Counted from the stretch's first letter, positions 21,945 through 32,261 are shown. The stretch: DNA of 64,000 nt from Synechococcus sp. (GCA_051439605.1 JBFRWN010000016.1:1-64000); one strand, 5' to 3'. Notes: generated by a model from the sequence alone, not told the origin. Numbers and translations: made by a program.

Positions 21945-22330
21945 CACTGCCAAATTGAATCCGTCAGTCATCTAGCTGATAAACATGAGGTCAGTCGCAA
22001 GTTCCTGTACCAGCAAAAGAGAAAGCAACCGAAGCGCTCTCATAAGCATTGGCTCTAGCCAGCCAAGAGTCAGAGATCTTGTTCTCGATGCCAGTGACGT
22101 ATGCTTGCTTCTATCTTTCGATTCTGGATCTAATCCTCATCTTCCACTCGTCCCACCGAGGCGTAGCGGAGTTTTTGCGACATGTGTTTGACTGGCACAT
22201 TAGCGCAGGCTCTGTCCACAATCGCGTGCAAGCAACCACCCAGAAAGCAGAATCCGTAAAAAGGGCGGACCATTCCGGGATTCGAGATGGATTTGCACGA
22301 TGAACTCTTCCAGACTGGAGAACCCTAGAA
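21945..22330 (+). pseudogene. Degenerate transposase/DNA-binding protein remnant
   Basis: Frameshifted pieces HLADKHEVSRKFLYQQK and ILFSMPVT..LILIFHSSHRGVAEFLRHVFDWHISAGSVHN resemble a cyanobacterial IS protein N-terminus (recognised by eye); broken by a frameshift and a stop. Boundaries approximate. Confidence 0.6.
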
Positions 22331-22600
22331 GCACTCTCGGCAGTAGCACTGAGTGTGACAGTCAAAATAGTGGCACAGTTTGACTTCATCTTTGTAAGAA
22401 AAATCGCGATCAATTAGATAGATACAGCAGCGATCGCGCAACCGATCCTCTGGAAAACCAGACTGAAAAGCTGGTCCTAGAAGAAATCTATACCTCGAGG
22501 TCGGCAATCATCCATTCCTCTTTTCTACTAGATAAATCGGAATGTTGGAGATGCCTGCCTCGGAGATGCGATTGCACCAAGTGATTGCGAGCAACCAACT

Positions 22601-23350
22601 ATGAAAGACCTCCTCCTCCCCGTCCAAGAACTCACTCGAGATAGAAAGGACGTCATGTTTTCTCTGTTTAACAAACACTTCAGTGGTGTCAAGCGAGATG
22701 AGTTTGAAGCCGATTTAATGGCAAAACAATGGGTCATTCTCCTGGAAGATAGCGATTTAGGACTGCTCCAGGGATTTACGACATTGCGCTTCGACAGCCT
22801 GAAGTTTAACCAGGAAAAAATCACCACCCTGTACTCGGGCGACACCATCGTCGATCCGTCTGCCTGGTCTCAGTCCAGATTGGTACAGGCTTGGCTTGCC
22901 GCAGTGTTGCGATTGTGCCAGCAATACGATGGCCAGCGGCTTTACTGGTTGTTGATTTCCTCCGGATATCGCACCTATCGATTTTTGCCCACCTTTTGGA
23001 AGGTGTTTTATCCCTGCTGCACGGCAGAAACCCCCACCTACGAAGGGGACCTGATGCAGTATTTAGGTCGCACGTACTTCGGCGATCGCTACGACGAAAC
23101 AGCAGGAGTTGTCCGCTTTCCCCATGCCTACGTGCTGCGGGAGGAGCTGCAAGAGATTGCGCCAGGACGTTTGCAAAACCGCCACATTCGCTTTTTCACC
23201 GAACGCAATCCGGGGCACACCCAGGGAGATAACCTGGTCTGTTTGACGGAAATTTCGAGAGAAAACCTGACGAGGGCAGGCCAGCGAATGTTGCCCACCC
23301 AACTGGTGACTAACCAGCTTGAGTCCCACCGACTACCCGTCGGTGCCTAA
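22601..23350 (+). CDS. Hypothetical protein, possible GNAT-like fold (family often next to GH3 genes)
   Basis: LQGFTT..LYSGDTIVDPSAW..LYWLLISSGYRTYRFLP..RNPGHTQGDNLVCL; first gene of the operon. Confidence 0.65.
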   Translation: MKDLLLPVQELTRDRKDVMFSLFNKHFSGVKRDEFEADLMAKQWVILLEDSDLGLLQGFTTLRFDSLKFNQEKITTLYSGDTIVDPSAWSQSRLVQAWLAAVLRLCQQYDGQRLYWLLISSGYRTYRFLPTFWKVFYPCCTAETPTYEGDLMQYLGRTYFGDRYDETAGVVRFPHAYVLREELQEIAPGRLQNRHIRFFTERNPGHTQGDNLVCLTEISRENLTRAGQRMLPTQLVTNQLESHRLPVGA

Positions 23351-23374
23351 TGAAAAGCAAATGGGGACACGCCC

Positions 23375-24481
23375 GTGACCGTCAAGACTGAGATTTTTAA
23401 TAACGCAAATTGCTTTATCGAGGGGTGGTACTGGGCGATCGCCTCTCGCCAGCTCAAAACCGGTCGGGTTGAGAGTATCAAACTGCTGGGCCGGAACTTA
23501 GCTCTCTACAGAAATCCAGCGGGTCAGGTGGTAGCGGTTGATGCCTACTGTCCGCACATGGGGGCGCATTTGGGGGAAGGAAAGGTTGAGGGAAATGGCC
23601 TTCGCTGCGGGTACCACGGTTGGAAATTCAACGATCGTGGCAGCTGTGTCGACGTACCCTGCTTGGGCAAGGCGCTGCCGGTATCGGTGCACACCTGGCC
23701 AACAGCAGAGCATTACGGCATGGTTTGGGTTTGGACCGGACAGTCTCAGCCGCGATCGCTGCCTTGTGTCCCTGAGTTAGAGGGCACCGACTGCGATGTA
23801 GCGTTCGGCCGCTATTTCCTCAATAACTGCCACCCCAATGTCACGTTAATCAATGCCATCGATGCCAATCATTTCAATGCGGTGCACGATATGCCGGTTG
23901 AGATTAACTTTCACACGGCGACCTTCTGCGACGAGGCAATCGTGTTTCGCAATACGACACGGGGGGGCAATGAGTATTGGTTGGCGCGGCTCCTGCAGCC
24001 TTTCTATCAAAACGAAGCTACCTACAGCATGTGCTACTGGTACGGCAGCGTCGGCACCGCAACCCTCGGACCGGATTTTCAGCACTTCTACGTTATGTTT
24101 GCCCTGCGTCCGTTGAATGGGGGGCAAACGGAAGGCCAAATGATAATGCTGACCCGCAAGCGTCCGGGCTTGACGGGGTGGCTGTACAACCGCCTGCTCC
24201 TGTGGCTAACCCAACAAGTGGGGGATTATTTTGCCAAAGGCGATCGCCAGATTTTTCGCAGCATCCGGTTTGACCTCAAAACTCCCACCCCAGCAGACCG
24301 GTCAATCGTGGATTACATCAAACACGTCGAGTCTCAAACAGCACTGGCCTGGGGAAGTTGGCAGCCCTACAGCCCCGAGACTGAAGCATTAGAGCCAGAA
24401 GCCCAAGAGAAAACATCGGTTGCTCCCACACCAGCGATCGAACTAAACGGCGATCGATCCTTTTCACTGGAGGTTATATGA
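23375..24481 (+). CDS. Rieske non-heme iron oxygenase 1
   Basis: CPHMGAHL..CGYHGWKF Rieske motif; NAIDANHFNAVH mononuclear Fe motif. Confidence 0.9.
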   Translation: MTVKTEIFNNANCFIEGWYWAIASRQLKTGRVESIKLLGRNLALYRNPAGQVVAVDAYCPHMGAHLGEGKVEGNGLRCGYHGWKFNDRGSCVDVPCLGKALPVSVHTWPTAEHYGMVWVWTGQSQPRSLPCVPELEGTDCDVAFGRYFLNNCHPNVTLINAIDANHFNAVHDMPVEINFHTATFCDEAIVFRNTTRGGNEYWLARLLQPFYQNEATYSMCYWYGSVGTATLGPDFQHFYVMFALRPLNGGQTEGQMIMLTRKRPGLTGWLYNRLLLWLTQQVGDYFAKGDRQIFRSIRFDLKTPTPADRSIVDYIKHVESQTALAWGSWQPYSPETEALEPEAQEKTSVAPTPAIELNGDRSFSLEVI

Positions 24482-25383
24482 ATTCCAAATACGGTGTTGC
24501 CGGATTGCACCTGCCCCGCAGCCATCCTGAAGACAAGCTCCATCGAGTACTATCAGCAGCACTTTCCGGATCGACCCAGCCATTATCCGATGCGGGTCAA
24601 TCGTATTGGGGGGCAGACCATTTCCAGCTCCAACAGGTGCAACTATTTCGGGAGGCCAGTACGACCGAGCAGCAACAGATTGTGGCACTAGCCTGCCGTC
24701 AGGTACTGGAAGAAGCCTACTGGATCGAGCAAGCGGGCGTCGGCTACATGGCCAAGATGGTGCTGCTGGCCGAGACAGCGGAAGAGCGCATGCTTTACGG
24801 TCTGTTTGCCGCCGATGAAGCCGAACACCTGGCCCAGATTCGTCGCTTTCTGCCAGCCCAGAAACCCACCAGCACGGGCGATCCGTTCCTGGAGATGCTG
24901 GCAGATGTGGTGGAAACCCAGAATAAAGCAGTGTTGCTGTTTGTCATGCAGGTGGTGCTGGAAGGGTGGGGCACCAGTCACTACCGCCATCTATCAGCAG
25001 ATTGCCGAGATGGGGAGCTGAGTAAGCTGTTTGCGGACTTTCTGCAAGCGGAATCGCGCCATCATGCCGTGGGTCAGATCCTGTTTAGCCAAATGGCCCT
25101 CTCCGAGACTAGCCCACAGGCGATTGCCGAGATTCTGACCCAATTTCTACAAATGATTCAGGCGGGACCCCAGCGGGTGGTGGCGGCCATCGAGCAGGTG
25201 AAGGGACACCTGTCGCGGTCGCAGAAGCTGAGCATCTTCGAGCAGCTGGACAGCGAAACCCACAGCGGCACCCGACTGGCTCTATTGCGATCGCTCATGC
25301 AACATGCCGGGGCCGGATCGATTGTGCAGACATTGGAGGAGCAAGGGACCTTTCGGCCGTTCCCTGCTAGCCGATGCGTATGA
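24478..25383 (+). CDS. Ferritin-like diiron protein
   Basis: E..(WIEQ)..DEAEH..VLEG..AESRHH carboxylate/His pattern; ATGA overlap with the upstream gene. Confidence 0.8.
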   Translation: MNSKYGVAGLHLPRSHPEDKLHRVLSAALSGSTQPLSDAGQSYWGADHFQLQQVQLFREASTTEQQQIVALACRQVLEEAYWIEQAGVGYMAKMVLLAETAEERMLYGLFAADEAEHLAQIRRFLPAQKPTSTGDPFLEMLADVVETQNKAVLLFVMQVVLEGWGTSHYRHLSADCRDGELSKLFADFLQAESRHHAVGQILFSQMALSETSPQAIAEILTQFLQMIQAGPQRVVAAIEQVKGHLSRSQKLSIFEQLDSETHSGTRLALLRSLMQHAGAGSIVQTLEEQGTFRPFPASRCV

Positions 25384-26594
25384 CGACTCTATTTCGCGAG
25401 CCCAAACCCAACAATCTGCTAGACAACGGGGTGCTCTGTCGGAAGCTGCAAGTGAACTATCAACGCAACCGCCAGCAGGACCACACTCAAAAATTGGACG
25501 AAGCAGCCGCAACCTTTCGCTACCAAGACTGCAAAGACGAGTATTGGAATCCAGAGGAATTTTCCCTTGGCTACGGCACGCCACTGTGGCAGCAGTCCAG
25601 CCCCGGCCAACGTATTATCTTGAACCAACTCTATTGGGTGGCTTACTACTCGCAGATTATCTCGGCGGAAATTGCCACCATTCTGTTCAACCAGACCAGC
25701 GCCGCCGGACTTTACGCCCAGGAAGACTTTCGCCAAGTCTGCGACATGTTGGATTTGGAATCCTCGCAGGAGCGAGCCCACATCCACGCGTTTAAGACGG
25801 TGTCGGAACAAGTGGAAGCCGCTGTATTCGGCCAGCGGATTTTCACCTACCCCATGCGCGGCCCCTTCACCGAAACAATGATTTTCGCTGATACAAACGA
25901 TCTGAAGCGGCGCTGGAAAAAACTGCAGCTATCCTGCTTCAGCTTGCTCTCGTCGGGGAATAACTTCTTGGCCTGCCAGTACTTCACGGTACGGGGACTG
26001 CGCACCCTCAACGGCAAGCTGGTGCAGCACAAACTCAGTCACTTCTATCAAACCCATCCCGATCCTGACAGCGCCCCCATCCCCTCTCAAATTTCCTACT
26101 ACCACTTCCAGGATGAAAGCTTCCACTTCAACAGCTCCACCATCCTGGCGCACGATGTGCTGACCTGCTTAAAGCCGCCCACTGGCTTCGAAGCGTGGGT
26201 GGCGAATTTAGGACTGCGGGGCTGCCAGCGAGATCACTATCATTTCTCGGCGGTAATGAACGGGATTTTTTGGTACGACCCCGCCCTTTACCCAGTCCTC
26301 TACCAAGTACTGCGCTCACATGTTTTCGGCATGGATGATCGCGAAGCCAAAGCCACCATGCGAGCTTGCTTTACTGCAGAATCCGAGGGGCTGCATCGCA
26401 GTTACCGCACCCACTCCGAAGCGGCCGATTCCTATCGGGCTTACCTGGAGCCAATTTCCTACGCCTGGCGCAGCAATCGCGAGATGTCGCTTATGCGATC
26501 GAACTCGATATCGCGCTATCTCGCCCTTCAACAAAGAGCGTTTGCGGCATTCGAGCGCCAATTTCGCCTGCCCAACGAATCCCATGGCAATTGA
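25374..26594 (+). CDS. CylC-like dimetal-carboxylate halogenase / AurF-like enzyme
   Basis: YWNPEEFSL.YGTPLW, LNQLYWVAYYSQIISAEIATI, LESSQERAHIHAF (ExxH), YHFQDESFHFNSS (HxxDExxH), GCQRDH. Start may be 25374 or 25380. Confidence 0.8.
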   Translation: MRMTTLFREPKPNNLLDNGVLCRKLQVNYQRNRQQDHTQKLDEAAATFRYQDCKDEYWNPEEFSLGYGTPLWQQSSPGQRIILNQLYWVAYYSQIISAEIATILFNQTSAAGLYAQEDFRQVCDMLDLESSQERAHIHAFKTVSEQVEAAVFGQRIFTYPMRGPFTETMIFADTNDLKRRWKKLQLSCFSLLSSGNNFLACQYFTVRGLRTLNGKLVQHKLSHFYQTHPDPDSAPIPSQISYYHFQDESFHFNSSTILAHDVLTCLKPPTGFEAWVANLGLRGCQRDHYHFSAVMNGIFWYDPALYPVLYQVLRSHVFGMDDREAKATMRACFTAESEGLHRSYRTHSEAADSYRAYLEPISYAWRSNREMSLMRSNSISRYLALQQRAFAAFERQFRLPNESHGN

Positions 26595-26605
26595 GGAGTT
26601 TATCG

Positions 26606-26899
26606 ATGTCTTGCCCCAGCTGTACTGTCCGCTTTCCGCAAACAAAACACGAGCCCATCGTGCTGGAACGACATCAAAACTTGTCGGAGGTTCTGACGGT
26701 GCAAAACTCCCCCGTACTGTTTGGCTGCCGCACCGGTATTTGCGGCACTTGCCTGGTTCTGGTAGAGGGCGACATTCCCCCAGCCGATCGCGACGAGCGA
26801 GAGATGTTGGACATTCTCGCGGCGGAGTTGCCGCAGGCGAGGTTGGCTTGCCAGCTCGATCTGACCGGCGATATTGCGCTGGCGGTGGTGGAGCGGTGA
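26606..26899 (+). CDS. 2Fe-2S ferredoxin
   Basis: FGCRTGICGTC..RLACQ; ATG at 26606 gives 97 aa. Confidence 0.88.
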   Translation: MSCPSCTVRFPQTKHEPIVLERHQNLSEVLTVQNSPVLFGCRTGICGTCLVLVEGDIPPADRDEREMLDILAAELPQARLACQLDLTGDIALAVVER

Positions 26900-26949
26900 C
26901 GAGCAATGAAGTGGATTAGCATTCGCGATCGGTGAAGGAACAGGGTGAT

Positions 26950-27969
26950 ATGAAGTTCGAGGATTTTTGGTACGTAGTGGCGCAGAGCGATCAGCTCCGA
27001 CTCGGTCAAGTGTTGCAGCGGACGGTGCTGGGGGAATGGCTGGCGGTATTTCGAGGGGAGGATGGCCAACCAGTTGCCCTGCGCGATCGCTGCTTGCATC
27101 GCCACAGTCGCCTTTCCACTGGCAAGGTGTGCCGGGGGCAGCTGCACTGTCCTTATCACGGCTGGGTGTACGACTCCGACGGGCGGGTGGTGGCCGTTCC
27201 AGCAGAGGGAGATTTCTTTCAGCCTAAGGCTCACCACGCACGCACCTACGCCACTTGCGAGCAGGATGAATATGTCTACGTGCGGTTGGCAAACGCTCCC
27301 GAAGAATCCTTTTCACCGTTTGCCATGCCCCACTATGGCGAGTCCGGCTGGGAAACGGTCCGCGTCATCAACCGCTTTCGCAATAGCGTGACCCACTGCG
27401 TCGAGAACTTTATCGACGTGCCTCACACAGTGTCCGTGCATCCCGGTATCTTTCGATCGCCGCGCCAACAGCAGTTGGAAATGCAGGTATATCGCAGTGG
27501 CTCATCCGTGCGCGCCGAATACCGAAATGAAACCACCAACTTGGGCTGGTGGCAGCGGTTTTTAAACGGGCGAGGGGAACCGGTCCACCATACCGATCGG
27601 TTTCACATGCCCAATATCACTAGCGTCCAGTACGACATGGGACCCAGACGGCAGTTGTTCATCACCAGCCAATCCATCCCCGAAACCGAAGATTCCACGC
27701 TGGTCTACACCGATGTCACCTTCAACTACGGCCTGTGGAACCAGCTGGCCCGCCCTTTCGTGCGCTGGACCGCCCAGAAAATCATCCGCCAAGATGTCGA
27801 GATCTTAGGCATTCAGGGGGAGGTACTGCACAAGTACGGCGAACAGTTCGCCCATACACCTGCCGATACCATTCATGTCTTTGTGGAGTCCATTCGCAAC
27901 GCGATCGCTGCTGGCAAAGATCCCCGCCTGATGCCCGATCGCTCTGCATCAGTAACGTTTTGGGTCTGA
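26950..27969 (+). CDS. Rieske non-heme iron oxygenase 2
   Basis: DRCLHRHSRLS..CPYHGW; ENFIDVPHTVSVH; QD near the C-terminus. Confidence 0.9.
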   Translation: MKFEDFWYVVAQSDQLRLGQVLQRTVLGEWLAVFRGEDGQPVALRDRCLHRHSRLSTGKVCRGQLHCPYHGWVYDSDGRVVAVPAEGDFFQPKAHHARTYATCEQDEYVYVRLANAPEESFSPFAMPHYGESGWETVRVINRFRNSVTHCVENFIDVPHTVSVHPGIFRSPRQQQLEMQVYRSGSSVRAEYRNETTNLGWWQRFLNGRGEPVHHTDRFHMPNITSVQYDMGPRRQLFITSQSIPETEDSTLVYTDVTFNYGLWNQLARPFVRWTAQKIIRQDVEILGIQGEVLHKYGEQFAHTPADTIHVFVESIRNAIAAGKDPRLMPDRSASVTFWV

Positions 27970-28700
27970 TGATGGTAGTACTTGCGGCGTTTATTACCCT
28001 GATGGTGCTGACGGTGGGACGGCGATCGCAGCGGTCCGTCCTGCGCTCCAAGGGTTGGCAGGACTGGATTCTGGATGTAACGGGCCTGTGGATTCAGGGT
28101 CTCGCCATCCCTGTTTTGCAATTGGCCGTCGTCTATCGGTTCTATAGTTCTTTACTACCGACTGCACAAGACATTCTGGCGTTACCTCCAGTGGCTGCGT
28201 TTTTACTCAGCTTTGCAGGGGTGGATTATCTCTACTACTGGAACCACAGATTGCTGCACAGTCACTGGCTGTGGCCCCTCCATTGCGTTCACCACACCGT
28301 CACCGACCTCGACGTACTGGGAACCTCCCGCAATAGTCTGTGGTCCAGCTTTTTTTTGCTTTATCTCTGGGTGCACCCACTATTCGTTTATCTGCTCCCC
28401 GATCCGCGCGCATATCTATTCGGTGCCAGCCTCACCGCAGCACTCGATCTCTGGAGGCACAGTCAGCTGGGGCCACAACCGTGTAGTCGCTGGTATCGCT
28501 GGTTGTCCCCCTGGATCGTCCTGCCTGGCGATCACGCTCGGCACCATGCCAGCAACCTAGAAGAACGAAATTTTGGAGCCAATTTCAAACTGTGGGACCG
28601 TTGGCACGGCACGGCTACTAGTGGCGATCGCTCCCCCCCATCTCTAGGAATTTCCACCTCCCTCACCCTACTGCAGAAGTTAGTTTGGCCCTGGCAATGA
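27969..28700 (+). CDS. Sterol desaturase / fatty-acid hydroxylase family membrane diiron enzyme
   Basis: His boxes YWNHRLLH, HCVHH, WRHS, HARHH and NFGANFKLWDRWHGT. The start at 27969 overlaps the upstream TGA. Confidence 0.88.
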   Translation: MMVVLAAFITLMVLTVGRRSQRSVLRSKGWQDWILDVTGLWIQGLAIPVLQLAVVYRFYSSLLPTAQDILALPPVAAFLLSFAGVDYLYYWNHRLLHSHWLWPLHCVHHTVTDLDVLGTSRNSLWSSFFLLYLWVHPLFVYLLPDPRAYLFGASLTAALDLWRHSQLGPQPCSRWYRWLSPWIVLPGDHARHHASNLEERNFGANFKLWDRWHGTATSGDRSPPSLGISTSLTLLQKLVWPWQ

Positions 28701-29320
28701 CCCCCCTCAGTCTGCTCCTCTCTGTCTTTCCTGCAGCAGTCTTGCTGCTGGCTGTTACAGCCATTGCGTGGCTGTGGATTGCTCAATCCGCGATCGCCTT
28801 TGCGGCCCTTCTCTTCGTCCTCTACGGTTTTCCCTTAGCCGTCTACCGCCTGCACGCTTGGGTGTATCCAATCCGCGAGGGGACGAGCTATTTACAGGGC
28901 AAAACCTACTCCCCTTGGTGGGGCAGCCATCAGCTACAGCAAATCTACATCGCGTTTCCAGTGTTAGAAGCCATCCTGCGCCTGATCCCTGGTGCATTTT
29001 CCCTGTGGTTGCGACTGTGGGGCTCCAAGGTGGGACGGGGAGTGTACTGGACGCCAGCGATTGAGATTGCCGATCGGGGGTTGCTGGAGATTGGCGATCG
29101 CGTGGTGTTCGGCTACCGCGTCGGGTTGCACGGTCACGTTGTCAAACCCAAGCAAGGCGATCTGTTGCTCTATGTCAAAACAGTCAAGATTGGCAGCGAT
29201 GCCTTTATCGGTGCCGGGTCAGTATTGGGTCCCGGTGCGGCGCTGAGTGAGGGCAGCTTTCTGCCGGCGGAATCTCGTCTTTCAATCAATCAAACCGTCG
29301 ATCGACAGGTGAAATTATGA
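28697..29320 (+). CDS. Membrane-anchored left-handed beta-helix (hexapeptide) acyltransferase-like protein
   Basis: Two N-terminal TM segments, then LWGSKVGRGV..IGDRVVFG..VKIGSDAFIGAGSVLGPGA; ATGA coupling on both sides. Confidence 0.8.
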   Translation: MTPLSLLLSVFPAAVLLLAVTAIAWLWIAQSAIAFAALLFVLYGFPLAVYRLHAWVYPIREGTSYLQGKTYSPWWGSHQLQQIYIAFPVLEAILRLIPGAFSLWLRLWGSKVGRGVYWTPAIEIADRGLLEIGDRVVFGYRVGLHGHVVKPKQGDLLLYVKTVKIGSDAFIGAGSVLGPGAALSEGSFLPAESRLSINQTVDRQVKL

Positions 29321-30930
29321 AATGGCTCGTGCAAAGTTTTGGCCATCTGCTGGCTCCGGCAGCGCGCCAGTTTCAGTCGGCATTAGCTAACCCGCAGGAG
29401 GCCCAGAGTAAAGTTCAGGCGGATTTGTGTAGACGACTGGTTGCCAGCGAATACGGTAAATCTTTGGGTGTGCGATCGCTTGCAGACTGGCAGCATCTCC
29501 CCATCGTGGACTATGCCGACATCGAACCCTGGATCGCACGACAGCGCGCCGATCGGACCTCTCTCCTCACTCCCGATCCAATTTCCTTCTACGAACAGAC
29601 CTCCGGGACCAACGGTCCCGCCAAGTGGATTCCTTATACACAGAACCTGCGCAGCTCCTTTAATCAACTGTTCTGCATCTGGGCCCACGACCTCATTCGC
29701 CACGGTCCTGGTTTGAAAGGCGGCCAAGTCTATTTCTGCGTTTCGCCCCAGCTGGGGAAAACAGCCGATTTGCCTGCAGAGCAGTCCGTCGGTCTAGCCG
29801 ACGATTCAGAATATTTGGACCCGTGGTTGAGAGTATTGCTCCGCCCCTTCCTTGTCTCTCCTCCCGGCATTAATCACCTGCAAGATCCAGAGCAATTTAA
29901 AGAGACACTCTGCCTCGCCCTGTTGGAAACGGAACGCTTAGAAACCGTCTCCATTTGGAGCCCCAGCTTCCTAAGCGTTCATCTCAACTACATACAAACC
30001 CACCGACATCGACTGCGACAGCAGCTCCGGCAGCGCATCTCTGCTCGCCGCTGGCAACTGCTGGCACAACCGCAAATCCCCTGGACGGAGCTGTGGCCTC
30101 AGTTAAAGCTGATCTCCTGCTGGGATAGCGCTCATGCAGCGGATCGGGCTCAGGAGCTGCGATCTCGTTTCCCCGGAGTGTTGGTGCAGGGCAAAGGGTT
30201 ACTCGCGACCGAAGCCCCGATGACAGTTCCTCTGATTGCCGCTGGAGGATGCGTGCCGATGTTGACCGAAGTGTTTTTCGAGTTTGAGGATACGGCCGGC
30301 GTTCTGCATCCGTTACACAAGGTCGAGGTCGGCGAAGAGTATTCGATCGTACTGTCTCAAAAAGGTGGGTTGTATCGTTATCGTATTGGCGATCGCGTCC
30401 GGATCAGTCACGTTTACATGAAAACCCCTTGCCTAGAGTTTCTAGGCCGCACTGCTGCCACCAGCGATCTAGTGGGCGAAAAACTCCATGCGGACTTTGT
30501 TGCGACAGTGCTGCAAGACTTAGCGCTAGAGAATCCCTCTTTCTGCTGCTTGGCTCCCATTTCTCGACCCAAAGCAGGCTATATTCTGCTGCTCGATCGC
30601 CTGAGAGTTCCGACATCGTTATCGGCTCAGTCTTGGTACAGCCGCGTAGCCGAACGCCTGGATGATGCCCTCTGCCAATCTCCCCACTATCGGCAAGCGC
30701 GCCTGTTAGGCCAACTAGTACCTGCAACAGTCGCTGTTTCCAGTCATATCCCGAACTGGCTCATTTCCAGTCACCTCAAGGCAGGACAAAAGTGGGGCAA
30801 TGTAAAACACCAAATATTACTGAACAAGCCTCTTACACAAAAGGAATGCTCTGAACTAGAAAAGCTATCAGAACTTGAACATCGATCTTTCTACGATGTC
30901 TTGTCAAGTCTCGATATCAAGTGCTACTGA
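29317..30930 (+). CDS. GH3-family acyl-adenylate-forming amide ligase
   Basis: FYEQTSGTNGPAKWIPYT (GH3 P-loop), GKGLLATE, GLYRYRIGD, SDLVGEK. Confidence 0.88.
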   Translation: MKWLVQSFGHLLAPAARQFQSALANPQEAQSKVQADLCRRLVASEYGKSLGVRSLADWQHLPIVDYADIEPWIARQRADRTSLLTPDPISFYEQTSGTNGPAKWIPYTQNLRSSFNQLFCIWAHDLIRHGPGLKGGQVYFCVSPQLGKTADLPAEQSVGLADDSEYLDPWLRVLLRPFLVSPPGINHLQDPEQFKETLCLALLETERLETVSIWSPSFLSVHLNYIQTHRHRLRQQLRQRISARRWQLLAQPQIPWTELWPQLKLISCWDSAHAADRAQELRSRFPGVLVQGKGLLATEAPMTVPLIAAGGCVPMLTEVFFEFEDTAGVLHPLHKVEVGEEYSIVLSQKGGLYRYRIGDRVRISHVYMKTPCLEFLGRTAATSDLVGEKLHADFVATVLQDLALENPSFCCLAPISRPKAGYILLLDRLRVPTSLSAQSWYSRVAERLDDALCQSPHYRQARLLGQLVPATVAVSSHIPNWLISSHLKAGQKWGNVKHQILLNKPLTQKECSELEKLSELEHRSFYDVLSSLDIKCY

Positions 30931-31082
30931 ATTCGAGCATCCCCCCCAAAAAAAAGCATCTGTCTTACAAACACCATCAAACTACAGACAAAACGTTTCG
31001 CTAATCAGAACTTTGGCTGTCACTTGAGAGCGGATTAAGTGATGCAAGAATGTTTGCAAAAAGACAAGATTAAATCTGGCGT

Positions 31083-32261
31083 CTAAACATCAACATTAGG
31101 GACATAGAATTTATTGCCAATAAATAGTCCCAAAGCAACTAATAGAAGGGAAGAACCTATCACTTGAAAAGCGATAGAGAATTGAAGCCAATGAATAAGA
31201 ATACCCGCGCAAATGGGGCCAGCAACTTTACCAGCATTATTTAAAGTGCCAACCAATCCAAGAGTCGCACCTAAACTATTTCTGTCAGTCCACTTTACGA
31301 CTAATGCCATCATCGACGGTGCAATCAATGCTTGTGCAAAACCCATTAATATAAAAGCGACAAGAAGATATAAATAATTCTGGGCGGAGACAACTAGAGG
31401 AAGTGCTAATCCTAATAGAATTAATCCAATAGAAACAGGGAGAAAATATCCTTTCAGATCGCCTATCCGCCCAGCCCATGGTTTGAAAATTAGATGGGTT
31501 AGTTCTTGAATGGAAAAAAGGGCACCTACAACGCCGATGCTAATTTGCAGTGAAAGTGCATACACAGGTAAAAATGCTTTAACAGCATATAAAGCAACAT
31601 ACATCATGGCTTGCAAACTACCAGCTAGCCAAACAAATGGAGAACGCCCACCAAGATGCAAGGTTTGCAAAACTTGCCGAGAGACCGAGATGTTGGGCTT
31701 GACCTTGACAGGAACAGCATCTGACAAGCTGAGGGCTGGAAAGAACGCTGTGATACTCAAAATGCCTGTAATGATATAGATATTAGATGGAGAGAATGAT
31801 AACAATAGCCAACTTGCAGTCAAAGGGCCAACGATATATCCCGCACTTCGGGCAATACTAAACCAACCGATACGTTCTGCTAAATATTTTGGAGATTTCT
31901 GGGAAATGTAGGCAAGAGTCACGGGGCCGTAGATGGCTGTTGCAAGTCCGTGCACGATGCGTACAATCGCTAGCTGGAACGGCGTGTGAACAAACTGATA
32001 GGCAAACGGAACAATCGCGAAAAAACTAGTTCCTAGCAATATCCATAATCGACGTCCAAAAATATCCGAAAAAGCCCCGACCAAGGGTTTGAGTATCATC
32101 CCCGTACAAGTTGAGATTGAGACAATTAGACCCAGCGAAACGTCACTCGCCCCCAGTGAGGCAGCAAAGATAGGCAAAAGAGGACTTTTACCCATTTGGT
32201 AAGCAGAACGAACAATGAAATCTGCAAAAGTTAAAGGGAGAACTGCCCGAAACTGAAGCAT
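31083..32261 (-). CDS. MFS transporter
   Basis: About 12 hydrophobic segments; GAFSDIFGRR motif A; second repeat AGRIGDLKG. Convergent with the operon and AT-richer. Confidence 0.88.
   Translation of the reverse strand: MLQFRAVLPLTFADFIVRSAYQMGKSPLLPIFAASLGASDVSLGLIVSISTCTGMILKPLVGAFSDIFGRRLWILLGTSFFAIVPFAYQFVHTPFQLAIVRIVHGLATAIYGPVTLAYISQKSPKYLAERIGWFSIARSAGYIVGPLTASWLLLSFSPSNIYIITGILSITAFFPALSLSDAVPVKVKPNISVSRQVLQTLHLGGRSPFVWLAGSLQAMMYVALYAVKAFLPVYALSLQISIGVVGALFSIQELTHLIFKPWAGRIGDLKGYFLPVSIGLILLGLALPLVVSAQNYLYLLVAFILMGFAQALIAPSMMALVVKWTDRNSLGATLGLVGTLNNAGKVAGPICAGILIHWLQFSIAFQVIGSSLLLVALGLFIGNKFYVPNVDV

Noticed and set aside
26366..27968. Long ORF-track starts (26366 for ferredoxin, 27735 for desaturase; likewise 14895 for MerR and 11153 for cupredoxin)
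   Set aside because: They overlap upstream genes or add non-homologous sequence; downstream ATGs fit family length and operon coupling.
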